Shown here: piece after piece, positions 1 to 12,976 of the stretch
Numbering within the stretch: position 1 is the stretch's first letter
How the letters are laid out: each line of letters starts with the position of its first letter
Source of the DNA: Tubulanus polymorphus
Lineage: Eukaryota > Animalia > Nemertea
Assembly: GCF_964204645.1 (NCBI RefSeq)
Contig: NC_134025.1
Span: forward strand, 3,410,001-3,474,000
Direction: 5' to 3'
Length of the DNA stretch: 64,000 nt
The notes under the pieces: generated by a model
The model's input: only the letters and a program-made list of their open reading frames with translations
Database searches by the model: none
Told to the model about the DNA's origin: nothing
Made by a program: the position numbers and the translations under genes

Positions 1-958
1 TTGATAATTGTGCTAGAAATGTTGGCTGTATGTTTGGAGTGAGTTCCATTCAGTACGTCAATGTCGAGTCTGATATGTGTACATGTACTGATATTTCTAA
101 TGAATATGCATGGACAAATATTCGAAATAAATGAAATATAAAGTAGTTGGGATTGTTGAAAATGGGCGAATATTCCATAAATTTTGTATGTATCGTTATT
201 TATTTTATTACTCATGGATAATTAAGAATTTACATTAGATCGTATTGAATAAAACCAAATGTTGTCAGTTCTGAATCTTAGCTATGGAAGTTCTGAATCT
301 TAGTCTGAAGTGAATTTATTTATGATTATATGTAATTGCACTTATTCTCATGAATCTATGCAGTAGACTCATTGAGCAGGTCGGATTTTATGATGTAAAT
401 TCAATCGAGATGATGTTTCATTCTGATGATGATAAGCGCCATTGAAAATCAGTGTCAATGACTTAGGTGGTGATGTTTTTGAAACATTTGTAGCCTTTTA
501 TGTTTATGTCCTAATTATCGGTGCGGATTGTTGATAAATAATGTCTTTTAAGTTATATTTCTTAAAGTAGACTGGGTGCTTTTCTGGGAAATTGTGAAAG
601 ACATGGAACTACTGTTAAACATTATAGTCACTTTGATCCTTTGAGCAAATAATGTGACAGTTCTTCTCAATTGGTCTATAGTGGTTTTACTGGTGTTGAA
701 TTCTTTTTCGCCATGAAATTATTCAGTTTTTGAATCAATTGTTCAATTGATTTTTTAGTGCAATACCATGTATTAGTGCTCAAGAATATCTATTTACCCA
801 ATACAGTTATAATGTATTTTTTTACTGAAAAGGTTTTTTGAGTTTTGCTAATTAGATTATTGTATTTGTTAGGAAATCATGTTCAATAATTTGGTTTATA
901 TTCAATCCAATGCTTGTAGGAATTATGAAAATGTTTGCTGTTTGCTTTAGCCCTATTT

Positions 959-1270
959 CAGGGTCCGATCTAAGGAATGAAAGCCACTTGCCCAGGGGGC
1001 AAGCATACCTGAAATTTTGCTTGCCCCTCCAAAAGCTACTTGCCCTACAGAGGCAGTCCAATTGGTGGCACTATGATTCCTTTTCTGAAAAATCTTCCAT
1101 TTTATCGCGAAAATGAAATGCGTTAAGAAATCCGTTGTGTCGAATGGGAAAAAAAGCTTTGTGACATAAAATTGCACTTGCCCGGGGGACAAGTGATAAT
1201 GATAACCTACTTGCCCTGATGAGAATATACTTGTCCCGGGCAATCGGACAAGTGCTTAGATCGGACCCTG
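959..1270. mobile_element. Non-autonomous DNA transposon (MITE), hAT-like
   Basis: Perfect 16-bp TIRs CAGGGTCCGATCTAAG (959-974) / CTTAGATCGGACCCTG (1255-1270); flanking direct repeat CTATTT on both sides; internal repeated ACTTGCCC motifs. Confidence 0.85.
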
Positions 1271-2320
1271 CTATTTAATTAAATGAAAATTACGTCTTCA
1301 TGAAAATAATGTAATGAAAAATGTTTCCATCTGATTTGTATTCTAGAATAGGCATAATTAAAATCTTCCTTGTCTTATTGAAATGATACTTGTTCATATT
1401 TCATTTCAATTTGATTGCTTGAAAATTTATTTCTTTTTCTACAATTTTTTGCCAATCGGAGTACATATTCTGATGTGATCTCAAAATTTGATATATAATT
1501 AATATTGATGATATACTCCTTTCGATTTGATTAAAGCGATGGTATGTACCCATACATTTTAATTACTCAGCTCCGCTTTCGATGAAAAAAAAATTTAGAT
1601 AAGTTATATGTGGTTTCGTGAGTACATGCAGATGCTGATGATTATTGATGATATGCAAATTTGTACAAATAATAGGCTTGTTCCAAAATTGGTGTAGGCC
1701 TACTGTAATACACACATTGGGGTTATCTAATATTTTGTGAAAATATCTCCGTAAGTAGATTTTGTTATTATTGAGTTAGCAATCATGGTGTATGTTGCAT
1801 TAAAATGCAATAAAATAATCACATGTATAGTTAAAAAAGTGGTGTTGATTTGTATTTTTTTTTGGGCCGATAGCTGCTGCCACCTGGATTTGATTTATCG
1901 CATTTCTCTCGACTCTCTGCTCTTCCTCGGCTTCGATAGTGACGAGAAGTTTGGATTTTTATGCCATCAATAAGTACGTTGTTCTTTTTATAGTTTGCCA
2001 TCATCACTTGCTTCTCAATCTCTTGATGATAAAGCCTACACCTTGCAGATCCTAAAAATCAAAATTTAAGCCGTCTTCATTTTCACACATACTGTTACTG
2101 ATTTACTGATTAATAATATTACACTTCCGTACACGGTAGGCCTATATACTATTCCGTGTACTACACTGCATTGGTTGTGGTGTCGTGTAGGGGAGTTTAG
2201 CACATACGAGTCTGATTAGCTGTCATCGATGTGCGTCGTTTATTAGCTCAGGAGCAGGACAAAGGTCTACAATAATCGGAGCTCGTAGTGTTAGAGTGTA
2301 GATTGAGCCCATACACAACC

Positions 2321-2449
2321 CACAGGGGCTTGTCACAATTTGAATGATGGAGGATGGATGATACCAGTATCCTTAAATAAAAAAGAAATATTTCTATAAA
2401 GGGATACTGGTATCATCCATCCTCCATCAAATTGTGACAAGCCCCTGTG
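2321..2449. repeat. Near-perfect foldback palindrome / mini-MITE
   Basis: CACAGGGGCTTGTCACAATTTGA..TGGAGGATGGATGATACCAGTATCC is inverted as GGATACTGGTATCATCCATCCTCCATCAAATTGTGACAAGCCCCTGTG around an AT-rich spacer. Confidence 0.85.
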
Positions 2450-3900
2450 TTACTACCCGTTACTGGGGGCCAAATTAGTGAACTGCCAAAAGCCGTTCGT
2501 CACGCTCGCAATATATATAGACCTATTCATATTGTTGGTATATTGGAACTTGTGACATAATTAACCTGAATGTTGCTGTGCCGATGGTTGTTATGTCTAG
2601 AGTGTTTAGGCCTATAGGACGGAAACTTTGACCAATACTGTCAATCTGACCATCCCGGCACCATAGCGAGCTAAGCCGCCATCATTATTTGGTAACCTGT
2701 CCGCGGTCTAAGTTTCTTGATTGGATATTTTAACAAGCCATATATGTTGTAAAAGCCCATCTAACTAATAAGCATGTCCACTACTGACGAATAGCGGGTA
2801 ACTACCCTGGTACGGTAGGCCTAACTAACTTTCTAAAACTGGAATGAAATAATGGTGTCAAATTCAAATGTGAATCCAAAAGAAAAAACGACATCAAGAA
2901 TTTTATGATAAAATGTTTGTTTTCTCTGCCGCAGCGATATTTCTGGCTCACATTTTTCTTTCCTCAGTAATGCAGGAATATATTGGTGTGCTCCAGCAGT
3001 TGATTCGAAATAGAGAATTGACTCTGCTCTGTATAGCGGGCAGGGTTGAATTCTTCGGTTAAATGAGCAAAAATTAGTGCTAATTTGAAACTGATTAACG
3101 AAATTAATTTATAAACCAAAGTCAGGTGTTGATTTGTCCACGTATGTCCATGGGAAGACTCTTAAATACCTAGCTGGCCATTCTTGCACAGACTTAAGCA
3201 TGATCATTGAGGCGACATATAAGGCCCATTTTCGTATTTCCTGTTCACCGATGAGATCTGTCTAACCCACTCTCTTAGCTGAATTGATAAATTGATTGAA
3301 AATGATTGATTGGAGATTTTTGTGCATTGCTTTTAATTCTGCAGCATATGTATCAGTACTGTGTTAGATGTAGTTGGTTCGGAACGAGGCGATCTATTTC
3401 TGTTTGCCTTTTTGAATGATCATCGTAGAACAACCGTTCGTAGGTAAACAGTGAAAATGAAGTCGTTTTGAAATGAATCGATGGTAGGATTTATAGCCGC
3501 ATTTACACTACATTATTTAGAACATTTATTCTTGGACTAAATTTAGGCTAAATTTAGTCTGTAGACTAGCGAAGAAGCACGCTGAAGTCTTTAATTTTAG
3601 AAGAGGCCTAAACCATTTCTCTGTAATACTTTGGTTTAGGCCTAATTGCCTGTCAATCACAGTTGCTTCTCAACCAATACATTTTTTGTAGAAATCAGAA
3701 TTTCCGATCAGGGAATTTGAGATCTGGACCAGGGAAATATCAGGGAATTTTTTTTGGGATAGAAACAACTCCAGGAGCCCTGGTCTAGCTGGACCAATGA
3801 TAACAGCGGATTTAGAAACATGTGTGAATGTAGCACGTTGATTTGGTCCATTCTAAGTAGGGCCAAATAGGTCCGTTCCAGGTATGGGCCAAATGAGTTA

Positions 3901-4365
3901 AGCCTAGCGCACATCGACACTGCGATTGGAGACAACTAGTTGCCAGGCAGTTTTCGGCGCATGAGAGCAACTGGCTGGATACAATCAGTTGCTCGAATTT
4001 GTCGATGTGAGCGAGCTTACGACTGGTTAGCGTCCATCTATCTCCAGTTCCACCCAGTTGCTCATGTTCTACTTTTGAGCAACTAGTTGTACTCAGTTGC
4101 TCTCATATCCGTCGATGTGAGCGCTCCATAATCAACAACACATGGTTGTAACTGACTAAAACAAAGCTATTTGTCACGTGACTTGTGATGCCCTCAAGAA
4201 TATTTGCTAAACCACATCTCAGTTGCTGTCGATGTGTGCGCTACGGACCTAGCGACCGGCATGAGCCACGCAGTTGCTGGTTTTTACTAAATTTTCGATG
4301 TGCGCGGGGTACTCGCTCACTAGCAACTAGTTGTCTCCAGTCGCTTTGTCGATGTGCGCTAGGCT
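3901..4365. mobile_element. PIF/Harbinger-like MITE
   Basis: ~43-bp imperfect TIRs AGCCTAGCGCACATCGAC..GGAGACAACTAGTTGC / GCAACTAGTTGTCTCC..GTCGATGTGCGCTAGGCT; TTA on both flanks (3898-3900, 4366-4368); internal GTCGATGTG and CAGTTGCT repeats. Confidence 0.85.
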
Positions 4366-4963
4366 TTAGGGCCAGGTATAATGTTAGCAATAATGTTAAT
4401 GCATTTTATAAGGACGGACAAAAAGTCTTTTGAATTTTGAATGTCATTATTGTCATTCTATATACAAATATATAAACAATTTCTTTGCTCCCTCCCTCTT
4501 ACTGCTCCCTCCCTCTATTCTACTGCTATCTATCCTTAGTTTAATGAGATCCGAAACTCAGTCAGTTGAGACAGGATATTAGAATTACGAGATGAAATGT
4601 AAGCCCTATCTGATTTACAGTAGGCGTTGCTGTGGTGCTACACAAATGAGAGTGGCACGACAGATTGGACGGTATTGAGGCTGTCTGGCTTTTAGATAAA
4701 AGAATATATACCATCAAAAATTGATATAGACTGCCTGGTGCCATGTATATCGATATACACACGTATATCGGATTGATAAATCAACTGTACTCTAAGCTGC
4801 TATGAATGACGTTTTCTCTGGATCAATAAAAATTGAAGGTTAAAACTATCCATTCATATGTAAACACTCTCTTTTGTGAGCCTCTAGTCTCTATCCCAGA
4901 AGTGTGTGTCAACTGACATATTCAGTAAGGCTGGTTTTCTCGATTCACCCATTTTAGATATGT

Positions 4964-7900
4964 ATGATGGCATATAACGAGGATGAAGGTAGTTCAACCA
5001 TGCAAAATGAACTCGACGCAGAACGACGTAGAACAAAAGAATCTATATCTAAAGATGTGAATCGAAAATCAGATGATGGTACGTAATATCGATAAACCTG
5101 AGGGGCCGAGACGAGACACTGTGTTCTCATTGACACAGTTTGAATGTCATTCATTTCATGAATAAATGAATATGCAGTTTATTTCATTTTTGTTCTGAAA
5201 TGTTGCGCTTGGGATTTTGATTTCAAAGGTCCTAATTACGAGCGGAACTGGCAACTAAATGAATATGTACATCTGTTGTAACATTTGAATGCTAATAAGT
5301 ATAACGAGTCTGTGTACTCTAGCGAGTCAAGGACACTAGACAGAATTGGCTATTTTTAATTTGTCGATGACACGTCGCGAAAACCAATCGGTATCAACCA
5401 CTTACTGGACATACGGATTCTTTCAATCGGCTACGCTAATGACTGAAACTTTTCAGTTGCTCACCTGGTAAGACACGTCGATGTTCTGAAAATTATCGGA
5501 AAAGTATTACTTTTCCCCTACTGTACTATAAAAATAAATCAAAATAGCAAAAATAGCAGCATTTCAATTTTTGAAAAAAGGGTCCATGATTAATTTCTTG
5601 ATCCATTGAAAAAAGTGTAAAATTATGAATATATAACGGATTAAACACAAAAAAAAGACATTTTCTTATTTCAATCGGATGAGTTTTGCGGAATTCCGGG
5701 AGGCAGATTCGCACTACTCTCAAATAATTAGAAAAAGGTCTCGATAAGAAAACTATAGAACGAAGCTGTAATTTACGTTAATATGATACATCCCTTGCTA
5801 TTAAGTAATGGGTTTGAGGGTAGGATTAGCATAATATGATTAAATTCAACGCGCACCGTTGTCACATATTTACGCACCTAGCACGCATCGTCATATTGAT
5901 TTCTCTTGGATGAAGTCACGAGTATTGAGGGTATTCTACGCTCTCTATATCTTTTCATTTGCGCAGACGTGTTCGGCGGAGGACGTTGACCTCATTACTC
6001 GAATTATCATCCGAGGTAAAATACCTTCGTAGCTCAGTTCTAGAAAAATGCGCATCATTTTTGTTAGGTTTCAGTTTGTTGGTCATGTTCGCCATTGTAA
6101 GTCCTAGTATCAGGCTTACCGATAAGATTAATGAAACCGATTTGAGAGTTTCGGATAAATTTGTTGAGTTATGGTTTGGTTTAGAGGTGATTAGTAAGTA
6201 TTCATTTCAATTAGTAGCTTTGACGGGATGAAGCTGTTATTCCAATTTTAATCACGCGAATGTCGACAGCATTTGAATGGATACAATTACAATCTTCTGG
6301 AGTTTCATTACACTTCTTAGTTTCTTACCAGACTCCATTTTAGCATAGAAATAGGGAAAATCAATTGTTGACACCGTACAAACAGTTATTACATATATTT
6401 ATATAGATATATCTAGTATGCATTATATAAGGGATTGCGTATGAGTCAATGTGCGCTATGTCATCAATATTGTGGCATTTCAGAATAACAATTGCAATTG
6501 TAAATTTTTGTGTTTACATAGGCCTATGTATATTTCATCACTTATTTCAATTTTCATAATTTTTTATACTTATTTTTGAGAGGATGTGCACCATATCATC
6601 AATACATTTGGGCTGGACTGGTCAATTGAATTCAATTATCAATATACCTACTCAAATCCAAAATAACTTAAATGATCCTTGATATTAAATATATATATAT
6701 TTATATGATATTCATATTACCTTGTATTGCATTTATCCTCGACGATATGAAGCTATACCGGGTAAGTTTTATTTATCAAGGCGTCAATAAACTTTCCAGT
6801 TAGTTAGGCCTACCTTGTTTCAGTTTGAAACCAACCAAGAAAGAGATCTTGAATTGATTTATACACATACCAGTATATAGAGGTCTATGTGAGATCACAC
6901 AATGTAAAAACCTAGTACAGCTTGGGTCAATGACCGAGCATTTACTTTACTTTTTGCATCGGCGTAGATTTGTCTTCAAATATAGGTCATAGAGGAATAG
7001 TTGTCATTGATAGTGGACTCATACATCGTTAGTGACAACCTCCTGCGTTAGGCCGTTTGAGTAAATCACAATGCGAAAAAAATGAAACTAATTGTTTTAA
7101 ATGAACACTTTACTGATAGCTGAGATGTACTTTTAGTTTAATCTGATTTTATGGAAATTTTACATAAAGTGATGAATATTATTAATAAACTGACTAAACA
7201 ATCGGCAGCAGCAGCTGTCTGGCTGGTGAGGTTATATTATATGCACACCGTGTCCTTATTTAATGCAGTCTATGATTTCTCTCTCGTTTCGGCTGTAAAT
7301 GGTATCGTGTTTGGTCATCATCGGTTCAGGATCGTTACGATATCATTTATGTCGCCGTTATGCTGTGACAAAACGTCGGAAATGTTTGTATTAACTGCTT
7401 TTTGGTTAACTGCATCGGTAACTTTCGTTCGAACCCAGAGGGGGATAGGCTGACATTGTTACTTCTTTGACTTTTCGAAGATAATGCGGAATCGTAATCA
7501 TGAAAATAGTATCATCTGATTCCGACTTATTATTATTAATGCTTTTGATCTTCATTTCTTTGAATTTTACTCGAAACGTCTCTCGATTAAAATCTGTTGC
7601 GAGTCTAAATCTACTCGTTCATATCCGACGATACATGATTATAATGGATCGGTTGCTTCGGGCGTTCGTATCTCTGCGGGGTTTAACTACGCGCTAATTA
7701 ATTAGTAATGAAATTTCTATTTTTCAGCCGAGGACTTTGCCTTGGATGAAATATCATCGAGCGATGTTGAGAAAAAGCAGGAACGCAGAATAAGCCGTTC
7801 ATATACAGATGAATACGCGAATTTGGTTGATTCGACAGCGTCGAGCTCAGAGATGGGTTCATCTCAGAACGACCTAATGCAAAATTTCAATCAACAAAGT

Positions 7901-10360
7901 GAGTTCATTTTTCTATGAATAATTGATCTAGGTGTATTCGCTCGAACCGAGGTCGAAAATTATTTGTTTATTTTATTGATTTATTTATTTACTTCGCTTC
8001 ATGAAGGTCCGTATATTGAATAATTACGACAAAAAGATGTTCATTTAACGACATTGTTTTCAGGAGATTCATTCTCTCTTTCAGTTGTGTCGACTACGAC
8101 AGCGAATCCGATGAAGCAAATTAAGAAGAATAAGATTTGCCTCGTTTGCGGTGACAAGGCTATCGGTTGTAATTTCGGCGTAATCAGCTGCGAAAGTTGT
8201 AAAGCGTTTTTCCGTCGTATGGCCTTCCGCGTGAGTAAGAGTATTTTCTATCCGTGTTTTCTCCTTCCCTCTCGGAAAACGTGTCGTTTTTTTCTTTTTT
8301 TTTTCATCGCCAATTGGCTTAATGGTGGCCTGCTTGGTTGCCAGCCTGTTTTAGTCCTGTCCCGATTCTGCGGAGCATTTGAACGACTAAATTAACGTTA
8401 ACTGTAGAAAACCCATTATCACAGCTATATTTCATTATGTAAGACATTATTTCGCTATCTCTGAATTTTTACAATGCAATGGAGGTTTGAATAGTAATTG
8501 TTACAACAATGAAAACCCGATAAAAGATAAATACTTCATTTTTCAAAAAAGTTTGTACAATAGTTTCTTTAGACGATAAACGTTATAAGAAAAATAAGTA
8601 GGGAAACCCGATAAAAGTGAAAAATCTGCATAGATGAAAGATAACGAAAGAAAAAGAGAAATAAAAAAAAGAACAATAACCAACTAACCGGTAACCTGTC
8701 TCGAGGTGAATTGCTTGTTTTCGTTTTTCAGATTATCAAAGGTCGGTGTCAAGGGAAGTGTGAGGTGAATACTGAAACGAGAGTCTACTGTAAAAGTTGT
8801 CGCTTGAATAAATGTTTTGCCGTCGGTATGAAAAAGCACATGATTCTGAGTAAAAATGGTAATTATCCCTGCGATACAACACTGGCTTTTGAAAAACCTA
8901 ATTAGATTGAATAAAAACACTTGTATAAAGAGCATTCGGTAATGAATATAAAAATAGGTCACTTCTTTGCAATTTCTACGGATTAATGTTACCATGGTTA
9001 CTGATAGATAATATATTTGACATACCGGTATTCATTCATATTGGGGAGTGCATGTCTAACATTGCGTAGAATCATGTCATACTTTCTTTCCATATGAAAT
9101 CATCTACCTTACAAATCGTAGTCACTTGATCTCTGTACAATCCATGCGTTTGGAAATAAATGTATGGATATTTTAGAGATCATCATGTACAAACTGCTCA
9201 GTACTCTGAAAGGATTAATAAGTGGCTTTTATTCGATGAATGGCATGCTTTCCGCAGTATTTGGGCCAATTTTATTGATGGATATTGTTCAATATTATTC
9301 AACATGAAAAATCAATCACTTTTTAACGAACCAGTTTGGGGTCAAAACAAAATACTGTATTGGTTAGAAAGCTATTCGCGCAGCTGTTAGATTGTAATTG
9401 AAACTGCAATATGTAGCATGAGTGGATATATCTATAAAGAGTAATACGTCATTCATAATAGTCACGCACAATCTGTTTTAAACTGCAGGTGATGATGAGA
9501 AACGCAGAAGATCCACAACATGTCTCGTAGAACATCCAGTATCCGCTAGTAATACATCTCTACCTGTAAACATTAAAAAAGAAATCAATGATGACAACGC
9601 GTTTGAGGAGAGCTCTACGATTAACGAATCTCCGCCTAGCACTAGCAATAGTGATGTATTTTCAATCACAGCTGAAGAGTTGGAGCTCATCGATGAACTA
9701 AATGATGCATTTGACGTCATGTATAATACTCCGACTAACACAGAACTTACCGAAACTCCGAGCACGTTAGATATCGTAAACATGGCCGATAAGTCAATCC
9801 GTAAAATCATAAAGTCAGCGAAATCGATTAAAATGTTCTGCGTGCTTAATTTGGTCGATCAGATCGAAGTTCTGAAACATTGCGCCATTGAATTATTGCT
9901 CATCACATCGATTCCGTACTTTGATCTAAAGACTGAACGTTGGTTTATTTGGCACAAACAGCCTCAAGCTAACATCGTTAAAACTAATCAATTCAAAATG
10001 GAAGGTAATGAACAGCTTATGAAGTTGTACGGCGGCTACATCAAATTTGTATCCGTTGTGAATAATTTGATTCGTGGCGATCGCTGTATATTGAATCTAT
10101 TAACGGTTATCTGTCTCTTTAATGCTGAAATACTCAAAACGGAAACGCGACTATACAACGAACGCGCTCAAGAAAAGTTCGCTTTCATTTTACAACGTTA
10201 TATAGAAATCCATCGACCCGGTGAACAATTGTTCCCGAAACTCATCGTGAAGCTGATGGATTTACAAATTATAAAAGAACAACACGCTAAATTATTGAGC
10301 TCGATGCACGTTAATGATATCGAACCGTTGTTACGAGAGTTGTTCAATTTATCGACGTAA
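4964..10360 (+). CDS. Nuclear receptor of the NR1J group (HR96/DAF-12-like). Exons ~4964-5078, 7728-7898, 8064(or 8085)-8230, 8732-8849, 9489-10360
   Basis: Two C4 zinc fingers ([27 protein letters not shown]; [28 protein letters not shown]). The P-box CESCKA is typical of NR1J/HR96. The LBD carries the F..L...DQIEVLK signature and AF-2 LLRELF. GT-AG junctions are phase-compatible; the first two exons are less certain. Confidence 0.9.
6924..6936. promoter_or_regulatory. Candidate IR1 nuclear-receptor response element (GGGTCA a TGACCG)
   Basis: RGGTCA half-sites in inverted orientation with a 1-nt spacer, inside the first coding intron of the NR1J gene. Confidence 0.35.
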
Positions 10361-12574
10361 TATGTAGCATTTTCCTAGAAAAACCAGTCGGTGATAAATA
10401 AATAAATGTCATTAAAATTGTGTCGGTGCCTTTTCATGTGGCGAAGATTTATTGTGCCAAACACACATGTATACCCAGTATGTTGATTTGTAATTACAAT
10501 TTTAAGTCATTTTTGTTGAATTCTATTTTGTGCTATATATTTTTATCATCAATATTTATGTTGACTAGAAACTCAAATAATCATTCCAGTGTCCCAAATT
10601 AACCACAGAATTGTGCAATTTTAGAAATAAGTGGTGTGAATTTTTCTGATAAAAATGAGATCAATGATGCTTTAAAATCAATGTGATTTCATTTTAAGCA
10701 TCCACTTTCTATTTCTAAGTTAAAGCTTACTGTTGTTCTTGAAGTGACAGTTCGTTATGTTTTCAATCTTAAACATAAGTGCTCATCAAAAAATGCATAA
10801 AATTTGAAATCTTTGTGGCTGTGTTTTTTAAGTCGAGGGGTAGTGTAAGAACATGTAGGAATATTTGTCACCAATGGTAATTTTCATAAAGAGCCAGTCT
10901 ATCATTTCAGCCATTCAGTTGCAATGCTTCTTGAATAGCAGTGGTCGCTTTTGTATGTAAACCATTCATATCATTGGTTGTCTCCAAATATATTATACAA
11001 TTTAGGATATTCGTCTATTGATTCTATTATGCAGCTATTTTTTACTCACAATTTCTGAACGTGTACTATTGTGTGACGTTTTAGACTTGTATATTGTGTC
11101 TGAATGGATACCTGTAGCCCAGTGGGTGCCTGTCTTGTTTACATGAATTTCGGGTGAGGTAATAATGTATGTCTTCATGTTTGCACATTTTTTCAATAAT
11201 TTAACATTTTCCAGTACTGTTTTTATTAGAAATCCACTTTCGTGCCAAATAAAGTGTATACTTTTTGTACATGTATACATGTATGATATTTCACATTTGA
11301 TGAAGTTTTATTGTTAAATTGCACTTGTCTCAGCAACGTCTTATCAAAATGTTTTCTAGGAAATGTTAACTGTCCACAATACTTAGGTAAATACCGTTTT
11401 ACCAAATTTGTGCCATGTGTGCCATTGTAGTTTTATTTTATGCACAACTACATTGTACTGTTAAGATTTATTGTTCTTAATAATCATTGTTACACTTAAA
11501 TCATGTGTTGAAGGAAATATTGCCTGTATCTTACCATAGTAAAACTGTTGTTATTGTTGTTGGATTCATGTATATGAAAAAATGGGAATTGTAAAAATTG
11601 AAAAGGAATTTAGTATCCAAGTTTTCAGTTTATATACACATTTACTGCTATTTATATTTCTTCCTGGTAAATTTAAACCTGCTGCAGATGAAAGACCAGA
11701 ATTTTTAAGATAACTGAAAACCTGAAAACCTGCTTTGATGTTTTCAACACTGTATGAGAGTACAGCATGAAATATTACAGTTCAATCATACTATTCCTCA
11801 ATTCCTTGAAATATTCTGAAACTCCTTAAAATTTGAAAACTCCCAAAAAATCTTTAAAGTCAGTATTTAAGTCATTCACAATCTGAAGCAAATCAGTCTA
11901 TAACGTTCCTTGCTTAATCAGCAAGGTATACATAGATTAATTCATATTAACCCCCTTGAATGTTGACACTTACTGCTTAAATACTCTTCAAGAAGTCCTT
12001 GTTGTATTATTCTGGAATTACTGAATAGTATGAACCGTGTATTAGAAATCTGTTTTTTAGCGCTAATTCGGTGCAATGCAATTCAAGGGTGATTTGATTA
12101 TTCACATTGTATTCTACCATACAATCAAGTGTAATCATACTTACTGTTATTCAGTACCCCAGGTGACTTTTCAGGTATGAAATTTCTTGTATGCAACTTG
12201 GAAAGAATTTGTTTTACCCATTCATTCAAAAAAAGTTGAGAAAACTCATGGCAATAATATATAGGCCCTTACTACGAGGAATGATGTACATAATATGACC
12301 AGATAAATTATTACTGCACACTGAGTTTGTAAATATATTCAATGTTTATTTTCCCGGATGATGTAGGAATATTGCCGTCCATTTATTTCCACTAACAATT
12401 GGGTTTTTGACAAAGAATGTTATTATAATTCATTACATTTTGATATTTTATTGGTAACATTCTATTGATTTTGCATGCATTAGCAAACTAATCCAAGTAT
12501 CAATCTCCAGTTGCGTTAAATGTCAAATTCAAATAATTGCAAAAAGGAAAAAGTGATAATATTGAAGTGACATT

Positions 12575-12976
12575 GGGGCTATTCAAAAAGTATGTACACA
12601 AAATATTCCTTATTTCCGATGCCTTGCCCCATGTATGCAATTGTAAACATTTAATTACATGCCAGTTCATGAGGAAAATTTACCAATTTTTAACCTCTCC
12701 ATCAGGGCAGATTTAATGGTTGGCTCAGGAGACCCCTGCCTTCCCATTGAGGTTGCCCTTCTTGTTGAGTTTCAAAGATCACTAAAACCAGCAAATTTGA
12801 CCCTCATCATTTTCGGAATTGCATATATAATTTCTGATATATTTCTTCAAAACTATCCAATAATGAGGATGGGACCCTGATAGTAGCCTATTAGATGGCT
12901 GCAGTATCTAAAAGACACCTTTTCTTTTGGACCCCGGCCCTGTCCATGTATGTGCATGTACTTTATGATTGGCTCC
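12575..12976. mobile_element. Degenerate MITE, possibly with a nested CAGGG..CCCTG element (~12703-12942)
   Basis: Imperfect TIRs GGGGCTATTCAAAAAGTAT / GTACTTTATGATTGGCTCC; an internal segment starts CAGGGC and ends GCCCTG. Confidence 0.4.

Noticed and set aside
852-1243. Short ORFs in the track
   Set aside because: They overlap the MITE and show no protein-like features.
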